Below are positions 51,437 to 62,774 of a DNA stretch of 64,000 nt, piece by piece. The stretch covers positions 50,842,001-50,906,000 of the forward strand of contig OZ249436.1 in the NCBI GenBank assembly GCA_965235115.1, written 5' to 3'. The notes beneath the pieces were generated by a model. It searched no databases. It was not told the DNA's origin and was given only the letters and a program-made list of their open reading frames with translations. The stretch is from Laetmonice hystrix (taxonomy: Eukaryota). Both the position numbers and the translations under genes were made by a program. Numbering within the stretch: position 1 is the stretch's first letter; each line of letters begins with the position of its first letter.

Positions 51437-54400
51437 ATGGTTGCTGTTGGAGATGGTGACAGTGGCCTGATGGATTCCAAAGATAAGATGTTGCATGACC
51501 AAGGTCAGGCTGACAAATCTCAAAAGACAAATAAAGACAAAGATGTCTTACAAACAACTGAAGTAGATATGATTGCTACTACAGATCATAAGGTAAATGA
51601 TACCTGCTACCAAGAGGCAGGAGAAGAGGAAGATATGGACACTGATGCAATAAGATCACATGAGACTTCAGAGTCTGATCAAGTTGCCCGTTTACCACAG
51701 TCTGTGACACCTTCTCCATGTGAGAACATTTCTGGTGACCCCCATAGTGATGGTAATAATCGTGGATCCAGCCAGGAAGTACCCAGCGAGTCTGGGTATG
51801 GCAGTGCCAAAGTGACTCCCACTGGTAAGGAGATTAATGAAACTACAGTGGTTCCCCCAGGTAAGGATTTACCTGATCGTTTCAGTGTGGCTCCCCCTGG
51901 TGAGGAGTCTGATATTACTACAGTGGCGCCCCCAGCTGAGGATTTACCTGATGGTATCAGTGTGGCTCCCTCTGGTAAAGAGTCTGATAATATGACAGTG
52001 ACTCCTCAAGGTGAGGAGTCTGATAATACTACAGTGGCGCCCAAAGGTGAGGAGTCTGATAATACTACAGTGGCGCCCCCAGGTGAGAAGTCTGATAATA
52101 CTACAGTGGCGCCCCCAGGTGAGGAATCTAATAACACTACACTGGCTCCCCTAGGTGGAGCTGTAGCTGTAGTGTCTCCCCGTGGTAAGGAGGCTACCAA
52201 TACTACAGTGGACCCCCCAGGTGAGGATCTAGCAGATGGTATGAGCATGGATCCTCCTGGTGGGAAGGCAGATAATGCTACAGTGGCGCCCCCAGGCGAG
52301 GAGTCTGATAATACTACAGTGGCGCCCCCAGGCGAGGAGTCTGATAATACTACAGTGGCGCCCCCAGGTGAGGATTTACCTGATGGTATCAGTGTGGCTC
52401 CCTCTGGTAAAGAGTCTGATAATATGACAGTGACTCCTCAAGGTGAGGAGTCTGATAATACTACAGTGGCGCCCCCAGGTGAGGAGTCTGATAATACTAC
52501 AGTGGCGCCCCCAGGCGAGGAGTCTGATAATACTACAGTGGCGCCCCCAGGTGAGGAATCTAATAACACTACACTGGCTCCCCTAGGTGGAGCTGTAGCT
52601 GTAGTGTCTCCCCGTGGTAAGGAGGCTACCAATACTACAGTGGACCCCCCAGGTGAGGATCTAGCAGATGGTATGAGCATGGATCCTCCTGGTGGGAAGG
52701 CAGATAATGCTACAGTGGCGCCCCCAGGCGAGGAAGTGGCTGATGGTATCACAGTGACTCTCTCTGGGGATGATCAGATCAATGATGACGCTTCTCATGA
52801 AAATAAAAGTTCTCCGAACTCTGCAGAGGCTCCCTTCATCAAGGAGGAGGAATCAAGCAAGAGGTCAGAGGTCACAGAGGACAAAAAAGATGTCAGAGAG
52901 GGCAAAGGTGATGATGTTAAAATTCAAAAGGACGAGGAAGGGACAAATGTACAAGTGTTGATGGACTATCGACCAGAGAAGAATTATGATGGAGATGAAA
53001 GTAGTGTGAGCTCGTCAGACTCAGACAGCAGCGTCTGTCTCAGGTAGGTTGAATGCCAAGGCTAGATTCTTTCAAATTGGGATTCTGTTCTGTAAGATTA
53101 GTGTTCAAAGTTGAGTTAATGGACAACATGTCTTCTTTATTCAAGTTTATGGAAGAAATGGGCCAGTAGTTGCCAATGATGAGCCCTGTATTATAATCAA
53201 CATGAAACGATTCAGTTGACGTATCGTTGATGTCTTGTTACCTCTGCAGCTCAAGTGAAGATGAAGGAGAGGAAGCAGATGGGATGGGCGAGACAATAAT
53301 TAAAAACAAAGCAGGCAAGAAGAAATCAGGCGACAAGGCAATGTTTGAAGTGGATCTTCGCACAAAAGGAGAAATAATGCTCTCAGTAAGTGTAAAATTT
53401 CCTCGAAAGACTTTTTAAAAGCTAAGTAAATAGCTGTGTGACTGATAGTTCATGGTACGTGTACTAGATAGGGGAAGTGTACCGGTAGTTAAAATTTCAG
53501 TGATCCTCATGATTCACGAAGCTCACACTACAGTACTTTCCTTGACAATGTAATGACATTGGGAATTTCCTTCTGTGCATCCTTGAGGAATAATGCAGAA
53601 ATGGTTGGCCGTTGAAATAACCCACATAGCACCATGTCTATATTTAGATGTAAGCAGTTTTTTAAAAGATAGCTCAAGATTTTTTTAACATTAAATAAGT
53701 ATTTGATATTTTAACTTTCTGAATTGTCTTTTCGTGTATACCAGTGTTCTCGACAGCCTTTTTTTGCGTAGTGGGCCTGTGTATTTAAGCCACTACACTG
53801 TCTACTCTGTCTCTTGAACAGTGTAGCAACAAAAACTTGTCTAAATTCAACAAAACCCACAGAAATACCGGTACGTTTACTGTTTAGTTTAGCAAACCTT
53901 TCTCATCTGATTCTGACTATCTAGACTGCACTAAAAGAGACTAAATTACCAGAGCTTGGGAGGTGGAAGGGGGGGGTTGCCCCTCCTGTATCCTTAACCA
54001 GGGCTGTGCCCTTGGTTTGACCGTTACGCTGTCAAAAATGTCTGGTGAGAACCCTGTCTTGTAGGTATATGTACCGCGATGCTGATTTTAGATGAAATAC
54101 GTTTGTTTACTTTAGGATTTGCCACCAATAGAAGAGCTGAAGATAACGGTGGATGAAACTGTGGTCATGCAGGATTTGGGCAATGTGAGCAGTGTGATTG
54201 GACCATTGGGTATGTAATAAGTTGGGCAATGTGAGCAGTGTGATTGGACCATTGGGTATGTAATAAGTTGGGCAATGTGAGCAGTGTGATTGGACCATTG
54301 GGTATGTAATAAGTTGGGCAATGTGAGCAGTGTGATTGGACCATTGGGTATGTAATAAGTTGGACAATGTGAGCAGTGTGATTGGACCATTGGGTATGTA

Positions 54401-57400
54401 ATAAGTTGGGCAATGTGAGCAGTGTGATTGGACCATTGGGTATGTAATAAGTTGGGCAATGTGAGCAGTGTGATTGGACCATTGGGTATGTAATAAGTTG
54501 GGCAATGTGAGCAGTGTGATTGGACCATTGGGTATGTAATAAGTTGGGCAATGTGAGCAGTGTGATTGGACCATTGGGTATGTAATAAGTTGGGCAATGT
54601 GAGCAGTGTGATTGGACCATTGGGTGTGTAATACGTTGGGCAATGTGAACAATTAGATTGACCATTGGGTATGTAAGTTGGGCAATGTGAGCAGTGTGAT
54701 TGGGTATGTAATAAGTTGGGCAATGTGAGCTGTGTGATTGGATCATTGGGTATGTAATAAGTTGGGCAATGTGAACAATTAGATTGACCATTGGGTATGT
54801 AAGTTGGGCAATGTGAGCAGTGTGATTGGACCATTGGGTATGTAATAAGTTGGGCAATGTGAACAATTAGATTGACCATTGGGTATGTAAGTTGGGCAAT
54901 GTGAGCAGTGTGATTGGACCATTGGGTATGTAATAAGTTTCAAGAGCAATGTGAGCTGTGTGATTGGACCATTGGGTATGTAATAAGTTGGGCAATGTGT
55001 CCTTACAGTGATTGTATTCTGTCGATCATTGTGTCCTGATGGTGATTGTGACTTTATGGGGATTGTATTCTGTCGATCATTGTGTCCTGATGGTGATTGT
55101 GACTTTATGGGGATTGTATTCTGTCGATCATTGTGTTTCAGTGATTGTCCAGTCTAAGCAGACACTGCCTGCTCTGGATGAGAACACCATACTGTTCCTA
55201 GAGGACAGGACACCTTTAGGACAGGTAAGTGAGCTGGGAGAATTCACTGCTACAGCATGTAACTTGTTGGAGTCGATGATTTTATGATAATTGTGGCCAT
55301 AGGTTCAGATAATCGACATTACTCGGTGATACATTCAGTCGTGTTTTGTCCCAGGTGTTTGAGACATTCGGCCCAGTACCCAGCCCGCTGTATGCAATCC
55401 GATTTAACACAGCTGATCAGGTGACAGAACGGGGAATAGAAGTCGGCACCAAGATATTCTACGCCCCAGACATGCCTGACTTTACACACTTCGTCTTCCT
55501 GGAACAGTTGAAAAGGTAAGGCTGACAGAATTATAACATGGTTGTACATGGAGTCAACTGTAATATGAAGTCTCAGCTGTTTTAGACTCATGAATGATCA
55601 TGAAGAAATATTTCCATATGATGATAGTGAACATAGCAGGAGTAGTGAATGGAAATTCTGTTACAGTTGTCATCCTCTCACCTGAGGTTCATGTAAAATG
55701 TTGTATGACTTTTGGTGATTGTTTTGTGAAAGGAGGATGCAATGCAACATTTGTTATTAATGTGTAAATAAACATTCCAGAATGAGAGGGTCAGACGCAT
55801 CGTGGGAACACAACAATGAACCCCCAGAGAAGGTAAGAGTTATCATTGAGTCAGTCCTGTAAATGTGGCTATGAAATGTGTGTACTCGGGATAATCCAGA
55901 TTATGTAACTCCAAATGATGCTGACTGATGATATTTGTGTACTCGGGATAATCCAGATTATGTAACTCCAAATGATGCTGACTGATGATATTTGTGTGAA
56001 TCCCATCTCTGGTAAATAGACGGTGGCGCCGCTAAACGTTACATTAGGCCCTGATAAAAGTGATATTGTGAAAGCATTATGCACTCTTATTGACCAGGCC
56101 CAAATCTAGTGCGACGTGATGGTTTCACATCATATGAATTGTTTGATGTGCTCTCTCACACTCGAACAGTACCTTGACTACTCGGATGACGAACAGGAGA
56201 GACGAGCCAAAGCGCGACTCCGTGGCAAACCCTTGCCTGAAAATGATGAGGTCGAACCCAATATGGGGAAAAAGCGCAAACGGAAACCACGTAATCATGA
56301 AAATGGGTAGGTTTAGGACCCTTTTTTCCAATATGGTAGTTGTACTGACACTTACAAACGTCTATAAACCTAATGAAGATGATCAGATAACGAGTTTTGT
56401 TGATTTAATGTCTGGCCCTGGTCTTGGTTTACAGCATATATTTGGTTAAATAATCTACCTTGACCATTTTTTTGTCCAATCTGCCCGTTTGTTTAATGCA
56501 TGTATAATTTTTTTATAGGTTTTGTGAAAGTGCAGACACACCAGCAGGTAACCTATCTTTTTTAACATTCCCATCAATGACTCACATTAGATATCATATC
56601 TAAAATTAATTAAATGTTCATGTTAATAACCGTAATTATTAGGGAAATGTTATTTTCTTGGGGGCACATCAGTGTGCCATGAAAAGTATATGCCAGATTG
56701 TCCCTCAAAGTGATGTATGGTCTACGGTAGCCGAGTAGGAACAAAGGACCTTGAAGGTTGACGGTTGAAAATGTTTTATTTTAGGCTCCATGACCGAGTC
56801 ACATGGCCCGCCTCTCACACAGTGGCCACCACAGGCCGGAGGTTGGCCCCGCCCTCAGCGACACTCTTCACGGACCTACCTTCAACAGGGACACCCCTAT
56901 CAGGGAAACCCTCGTCAGGGACCCCCCTATCAGGGAAACTCCCACCAAGGTCAGTCCCATCAGGGACACCCCCGTCAGGGCCGCACCGAGCCGCTATGGA
57001 ACCAACAGCAAGGTCCCAGGCCGCGAGGGCCACCAGCGTGTAGACAGCCCCAGATGTGGCCAAACAACGGAAACCCAGGATTCTTCCAAGGTCAAGGCCC
57101 GCCCAACCGGAACCCGTTTAGAGGTAGTCGGCCCTACGGGAACCCAGCGCCGCCTGGAAATGGACCCCGGCACTCCTGGGATCGAGAGGTTCCAGACAGT
57201 GCTGGTGGGTCATGGCACGGCGGACCGCCACAAGTCCCACAGCACAACTTACCCATGGACATGCGCTTTGTACAGAATGTAACGATGCACGAAAACACAG
57301 AACTACGAGGGCCGGCCGTGGGTGCCGGTAGACAGGACGGGGGGCAGGGATACCCCCCGCCGGTCCAGTTCGGGGGAGCACCCCGTTTTCCCCATGGGCC

Positions 57401-57416
57401 TGGACAGTGGTACTGA
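51437..57416 (+). CDS. NAF1: H/ACA ribonucleoprotein non-core subunit NAF1; exons approx. 51437-53043, 53250-53385, 54116-54209, 55142-55224, 55355-55515, 55781-55832, 56170-56290, 56519-56547, 56785-57416 (last two junctions less certain)
   Basis: Gar1/Naf1 domain: RTKGEI..DLPPIEEL...LGNVSSVIGPLVIVQS...LGQVFETFGPVPSPLYAIRFN...RGSDASWEHNNEPP...LDYSDDEQERRAK. Acidic N-terminus and Pro/Gln/Gly-rich C-terminus as in NAF1. Confidence 0.92.
51820..52760 (+). repeat. Coding tandem repeat in the NAF1 N-terminus: 33-bp (11-aa TTVAPPGEESDN-type) units with a 432-bp higher-order duplication
   Basis: Repeats are visible in ORF 51377-53047; the block starting at 51941 recurs at 52373. Confidence 0.9.
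54176..54998 (+). repeat. 46-bp minisatellite (about 18 copies) made of the NAF1 exon end plus 5' splice site
   Basis: Unit ttgggcaatgtgagcagtgtgattggaccattgg|gtatgtaataag. The first copy is the true exon end (LGNVSSVIGPL). Confidence 0.95.
55010..55137 (+). repeat. 51-bp tandem repeat (about 2.5 copies) next to the NAF1 acceptor
   Basis: gattgtattctgtcgatcattgtgtcctgatggtgattgtgactttatggg repeated up to the tttcag acceptor at 55141. Confidence 0.85.
55879..55998 (+). repeat. 57-bp tandem duplication in a NAF1 intron
   Basis: tgtgtactcgggataatccagattatgtaactccaaatgatgctgactgatgatatt occurs twice. Confidence 0.85.
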
Positions 57417-59610
57417 CCAGGAGAGTCAAGGAACATTTTATCATTTTAATCTTGTATCTGATAATGTCCCGGGAGCAATGCAAAGATGTACATGAACGGT
57501 ATCGTGAGAATGGCGAATAAAACAGCGATAGAAAAAGACGTGGACGCGTGGCTGATTTTTCTCCTGTTGCTTTTTCAATCATTTCTCTTCTTCTTTGTAG
57601 ATACTAAACGCAAAATACCAGGTACACAATGTACCACCTACATGTGGAGATATCGCATACCTCAATGAGCCATACGTGCGTGTGAAACGGTTTTGTATAT
57701 AGGAATTGGGATAGGTCACGTATGTTGGCAGTGCCGCTGAAGGCGATCTAAACCTCCGCAGTGTAAGTAAACCTAAACCGACACGATACGTGTAATACAT
57801 GTACATCATAATGTAGGCCTATACGGACAGGTGATCAACACGATAATGTCGGTGACCAATATATTTGAGAAGGTGACGTCTCACATGTCGGTGTCTGATG
57901 ATGCAGGCGATCATGTATGAATAAAGACGTGGTAAGGAGAAATCGATGCCTGCTGTAAACACACCGCCACATGACAACATTTCCTACTCTGCACAGTGAC
58001 AAGAAGTGAGGGCATCAAACTCCTATTTTTTCATACATTACAAGATGATGGCCTAACAACTGTGTACAGCTCAGTCCAACACCACATACTTGCCCCCCCC
58101 CCCCCCCCGCGTTAATTTGTCTTTACTTTGTGATCAAAGGCTCATCACTGAACCAACGCCCAAACCATTTTTCGCTTTTCCCCTTAGAACTTTATGAATT
58201 AACCATGCTGACCCCCAACCCCCAACCCCCAACCCCCGACCCCTTAGTAAATTCTACCCCTAACCCCTACCCCCTCCCCCCAATAATCGGTGATCTCGAA
58301 TAAAAAAAAAATAAACGTTCGCCCGTTACACCCCCTTACTTGACATGAATCCCATTCGCTTCAGATCTCTTGCCCCTCAAATAATAATTTGATTCTGCGC
58401 CGTTGCCCTGTTGGGCTTTGTTGTTCAGGAGTTTTTGAGAGCCTATTCCCAGTCTACCTGCACTGCCAGCCCGTAAAACCATCCCACGGGGATGTGAACT
58501 TCTAATTTGTAACTGGACCCTGTGGTCAACCCAGCGGCGGCTTTTAGGGTTTACACAAAGACCTCCATCCGACATCTTACAGGCAGTAGTGGCGCCAGTC
58601 ACCCCACCTAGCGGTGGTTGGCCGAGATGGGTGTGTCGGGAATATCCCGGTCAATTGAGCGGGCGGATGTGTACGTCACCAGAATATCCTTGTCAGAACA
58701 TGACCGCTTGCTTTTAACATTGTGTCCTGAGAGGAGCATCAATCCTCTATATTTATATTTTACGATCTAGGCACGTCCCGAGGATTGAGGAGGAGAATAA
58801 GCTAGAATAGAGGAAAGACCTTTCAGTGCCACAGATTGTTGACTGATAGCAGCACTGATTTAATATGTTATGAAACGCATGATAATTAAACCTAACTCCA
58901 AAATAGGCCTACTCCAGCCTTAGGTGATGAACCAATTTTGGTGGTTCTATATTTGCACGCGAGAATACACAATGTACTACACCTACCATAACTTATGATT
59001 CCTGTCCATTTTGGATACAATGTAGGCCTACTCAGATAGAAGCCATTGCGGCCTTTTGTTGCAGCATATAATAATAACCGCCGAACGTTTGGCATTTGCT
59101 GAAATCTTTAATCTGCTTAGGCCAACCAATCGGAAGCCTGTTAGTTTACTTAATTAAGCTTTACTCAAGTTGAGAATTTTTGAAAAACCGGTCCCTGATG
59201 TCAGTAATGAAACTCTATCTTTCATGGGCATTGGCTACTCCTTTTTGTGTTGCAAATCTGCAACATCTGTTTCAATTCTTTTGAGTGATATTGATTGTAA
59301 TAATAACTTTCAATTAATGAAATTAATGTAGGCCTACTTTTGGAAGAACTCTTATGTAAGCAACTGGCATTGATTCCTTTTGTAGGCCACATTTCAACGC
59401 CTGAGCGTTGGACAGTACGACATTGGAGTGATTCATACTTCATGCAAGATGTGTTATGGGCAATGGTGGTGGGAGGTTTAAGTGTTGTTTGATGAATCCG
59501 ATCCGAGCGGATCCTTAAATAAATCTGAATGGGCCACCGGCAACGATCGGACTCTTAGCTAAAACTTCACACTGTAGTTTGAGTACAGAGTAATGGATGT
59601 TGATATTTAA

Positions 59611-60105
59611 AGGTAATATGTCACGAATTTCAAATAATAGGGCCTACGTCCTGTTTCAGCCAAAAATATGTCTGCATTGCGGTTCTCCGATATGCCCCAA
59701 AGGTCCCCTACCTGTTATGTAGCTTTGGTCAGTATTTGGTAAAACAAATCGCCAATTATTAATGTGGTCACTGAAAATGACACACTTAGATTCCGAGACC
59801 CTGTGGGATTTGCAGCCGGCTGTGTTTTGCACCCTTTTCACACCATCGGCGGTTGGGCCATTATAGCGCGTGTTTACATCTCGAGTTACTCAGCGAAAGT
59901 CACGTGATCATGGGACCCGTTCAAAGGATTCGCGGCAGCCAAAGGGGGCCAAAATGGCGGATTCATCGCACTTTGCGGACACTGCAGCTAGTTTTATTCA
60001 TTTTTCTACAATATGAAAAACAATCAGTGCCATAAAATACGTCAGTGGTGAGCGGGTAAGCAGAAAACTGAAGATTTCGGTCGATACCCCCGAGACATAT
60101 TTCCT
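59611..60105. mobile_element. TTAA-flanked non-autonomous element (Kolobok-like)
   Basis: TTAA|AGGTAATATGTCACG ... CGAGACATATTTCCT|TTAA, imperfect TIR. Confidence 0.65.
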
Positions 60106-60495
60106 TTAACGCCGTTCCATTTCTCCAGAGTACGAGGGTTTTATACCTCGTTACAGAGTGCCAGAGAGGATACATCTTGAGAAAACCAAACAGACGTCTC
60201 AATGGTTTTCTTTTGGCATTCGCCTGCATGAACGTAGTTAAAGATTTTGAGATTCTCCATTAGTAAACCACTCAACTAACGATGTGGTAATCCTCTCGGC
60301 TCAATGCTAGCAGCCTAATGTTATTGTCAGAAAGTTATTCGGGAAACCTATCAGATAAAGTGGCTGCCGTCTGATATCAACTTGGCGCTAGAAATTCTAA
60401 ATAAGGTCTTGATTTCCGTCGCGTCAATGGTTTTCTTTGATTTTTATTGCCTTGCGTCGTATCTCTCTGCATACAGATTTGAAGGCGTTCTTTAA

Positions 60496-60870
60496 AGCAA
60501 TCACCGAGTATCTCTCATTTCAATGATTCCAAATTGCAGACATGGTCTGTTGGTTAGATCTTAGAATAGGCCTACATAAATTAACAAATGTTTACACACA
60601 GAAATGGAGAAATCTAATGAAATTCATCGGGCGATGAATCAATGAATTTCATCGGTTCTCCAAGTCAAGGCCAGGTCAACCACCGACCATGAGTTGTTCG
60701 CTTCATGGCGACAAGAGGCAACTCGAATGTTGAATTTTATTATAGATTTCTCCATTTCTGCGGGTAAACATTTATTGATTTATGTAGTCCAAGGCCTTAT
60801 ATATACCCTAACCCAACAACTCATGTGTGCATTTTGGAGTCACTGAAATGAGAGACACTCGGTGATTGCT
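60496..60870. mobile_element. TTAA-flanked foldback MITE (Kolobok-like)
   Basis: TTAA|AGCAATCACCGAGT ... ACTCGGTGATTGCT|TTAA; diverged inverted arms extend about 130 bp. Confidence 0.8.
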
Positions 60871-61073
60871 TTAATGATAATAACAGTGACGGAACCGTTG
60901 TGAGAGTTTAGATTTCAGTAATGTTGATGTCACCATGCAAGAGGCTGTGAAGACCACATGTCTGGTTGTCTAGTTGCCCACTATGCAGACGCGGCACACC
61001 ACAACGCACCGCAGGCGCTCCGCCAGGGGTAGGCCTACCGCAAGGAACGGCAGTCATGCAGTGGGCCGTTGGC

Positions 61074-61925
61074 TTTAGTGGGGATTCGGGCTCTGAAGAC
61101 CGCAATGTCTAGTTGTCTATTCATTTAGTGGAGATTCGGTCTCTGAAGACCGCAATGTCTAGTTGTCTATTCATTTAGTGGAGATTCGGTCTCTGAAGAC
61201 CGCAATGTCTAGTTGTCTATTCATTTAGTGGAGATTCGGTCTCTGAAGACCGCAATGTCTAGTTGTCTATTCATTTAGTGGAGATTCGGTCTCTGAAGAC
61301 CGCAATGTCTAGTTGTCTATTCATTTAGTGGAGATTCGGGCTCTGAAGACCGCAATGTCTAGTTGTCTATTCATTTAGTGGAGATTCGGGCTCTGAAGAC
61401 CGCAATGTCTAGTTGTCTATTCATTTAGTGGAGATTCGGGCTCTGAAGACCGCAATGTCTAGTTGTCTATTCATTTAGTGGGGATTCGGTCTCTGAAGAC
61501 CGCAATGTTTAGTTGTCTATTCATTTAGTGGAGATTCGGGCTCTGAAGACCGCAATGTCTAGTTGTCTATTCATTTAGTGGAGATTCGGGCTCTGAAGAC
61601 CGCAATGTCTAGTTGTCTATTCATTTAGTGGAGATTCGGTCTCTGAAGACCGCAATGTCTAGTTGTCTATTCATTTAGTGGAGATTCGGGCTCTGAAGAC
61701 CGCAATGTCTAGTTGTCTATTCATTTAGTGGAGATTCGGTCTCTGAAGACCACAATGTCTAGTTGTCTATTCATTTAGTGGAGATTCGGGCTCTGAAGAC
61801 CGCAATGTCTAGTTGTCTATTCATTTAGTGGAGATTCGGGCTCTGAAGACCGCAATGTCTAGTTGTCTCTATTCATTTAGTGGAGATTCGGGCTCTGAAG
61901 ACCGCAATGTCTAGTTGTCTATTCA
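61074..61925. repeat. Minisatellite, 50-bp unit, about 17 copies
   Basis: Unit tttagtggagattcgg(g/t)ctctgaagaccgcaatgtctagttgtctattca, head-to-tail. Confidence 0.95.
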
Positions 61926-62774
61926 TTGAGTGGTGTTCGGGCTGTCCACTTGGAGCCGGGAGGGTGCAAGGCTGAGAAAAGTGCGACATGACTCTTCTAA
62001 AGGGATGTAGCAATACAACCCGTTCCCCGTCAGTGGGTCGATCTGTGGCATAGTTCCGTATGGCGGCTATCATTGGGTTATCACGTGTTGTCTCAGACGC
62101 CAGATCTTCGAACGGTAGGATGAACGTATATCTAGTCGACTAAGACCAAGTTCACTTTTTCTTTTTTCTTTTTTTGTCTAGATTTTCTTTTAAATAAAGG
62201 TTGTTTGAGGTTCCCAGTAGAACTTTGGAGTTCCTTGTGGCGGCTGCTTTTTTTTTTAGGTTCTTTGAGATTCTCAGTTGAACTTTTGGACTGATTATAT
62301 CTTCGGGGACATCAGGGACACGTTTCGTGATGGTCCGAACTAACAGCTGCATGATATTTAAGTACCAACAATTATTCAAAGAAGTGGTTCTAAATCAGAT
62401 TCTCTTATCTTGGCAATGTCAGAACTATCCGGTGAGCCAGGAGTCATAACATTATGAGAAGTGCAAAACAATAGGGAGTGGAGTGTTATATAACACCCAC
62501 CTAGCGTTTCATCAGAACAGGTAATTTATTCTTGCCTGCATTTGAAAAGCAATTTATGTTGACAGGAAACATGAAATCTGCATCAGAAAAGATACAACGT
62601 ACACCTTGCAATCATACATGTGAGCGGTCGTCAGCATCACCACCGGTTGATATTCCATCTTTATCTACAAATGGGGTCCTGATATACGCTGTCCAGAGGG
62701 TGTCCCATAAATACTTGTTTGTACTGCCGAATATAATAGCTGGTCACTAATCTAGCTGTACAACGGCTCAACTG

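Noticed and set aside
54107..54879. Three long overlapping minus-strand ORFs (181-255 aa, His/Cys-rich)
   Set aside because: They arise because the 46-bp repeat has no stop codon on the minus strand; they are antisense to a NAF1 intron.
61074..61925. CTGAAGA in each 50-bp unit as a hammerhead ribozyme core
   Set aside because: No GAAA after a stem II and no stem I/III pairing.
62152..62379. Lys-rich minus-strand ORF ending KKRKKKK
   Set aside because: Driven by T-rich tracts, starts at TTG, and has no recognisable domain or splice structure.
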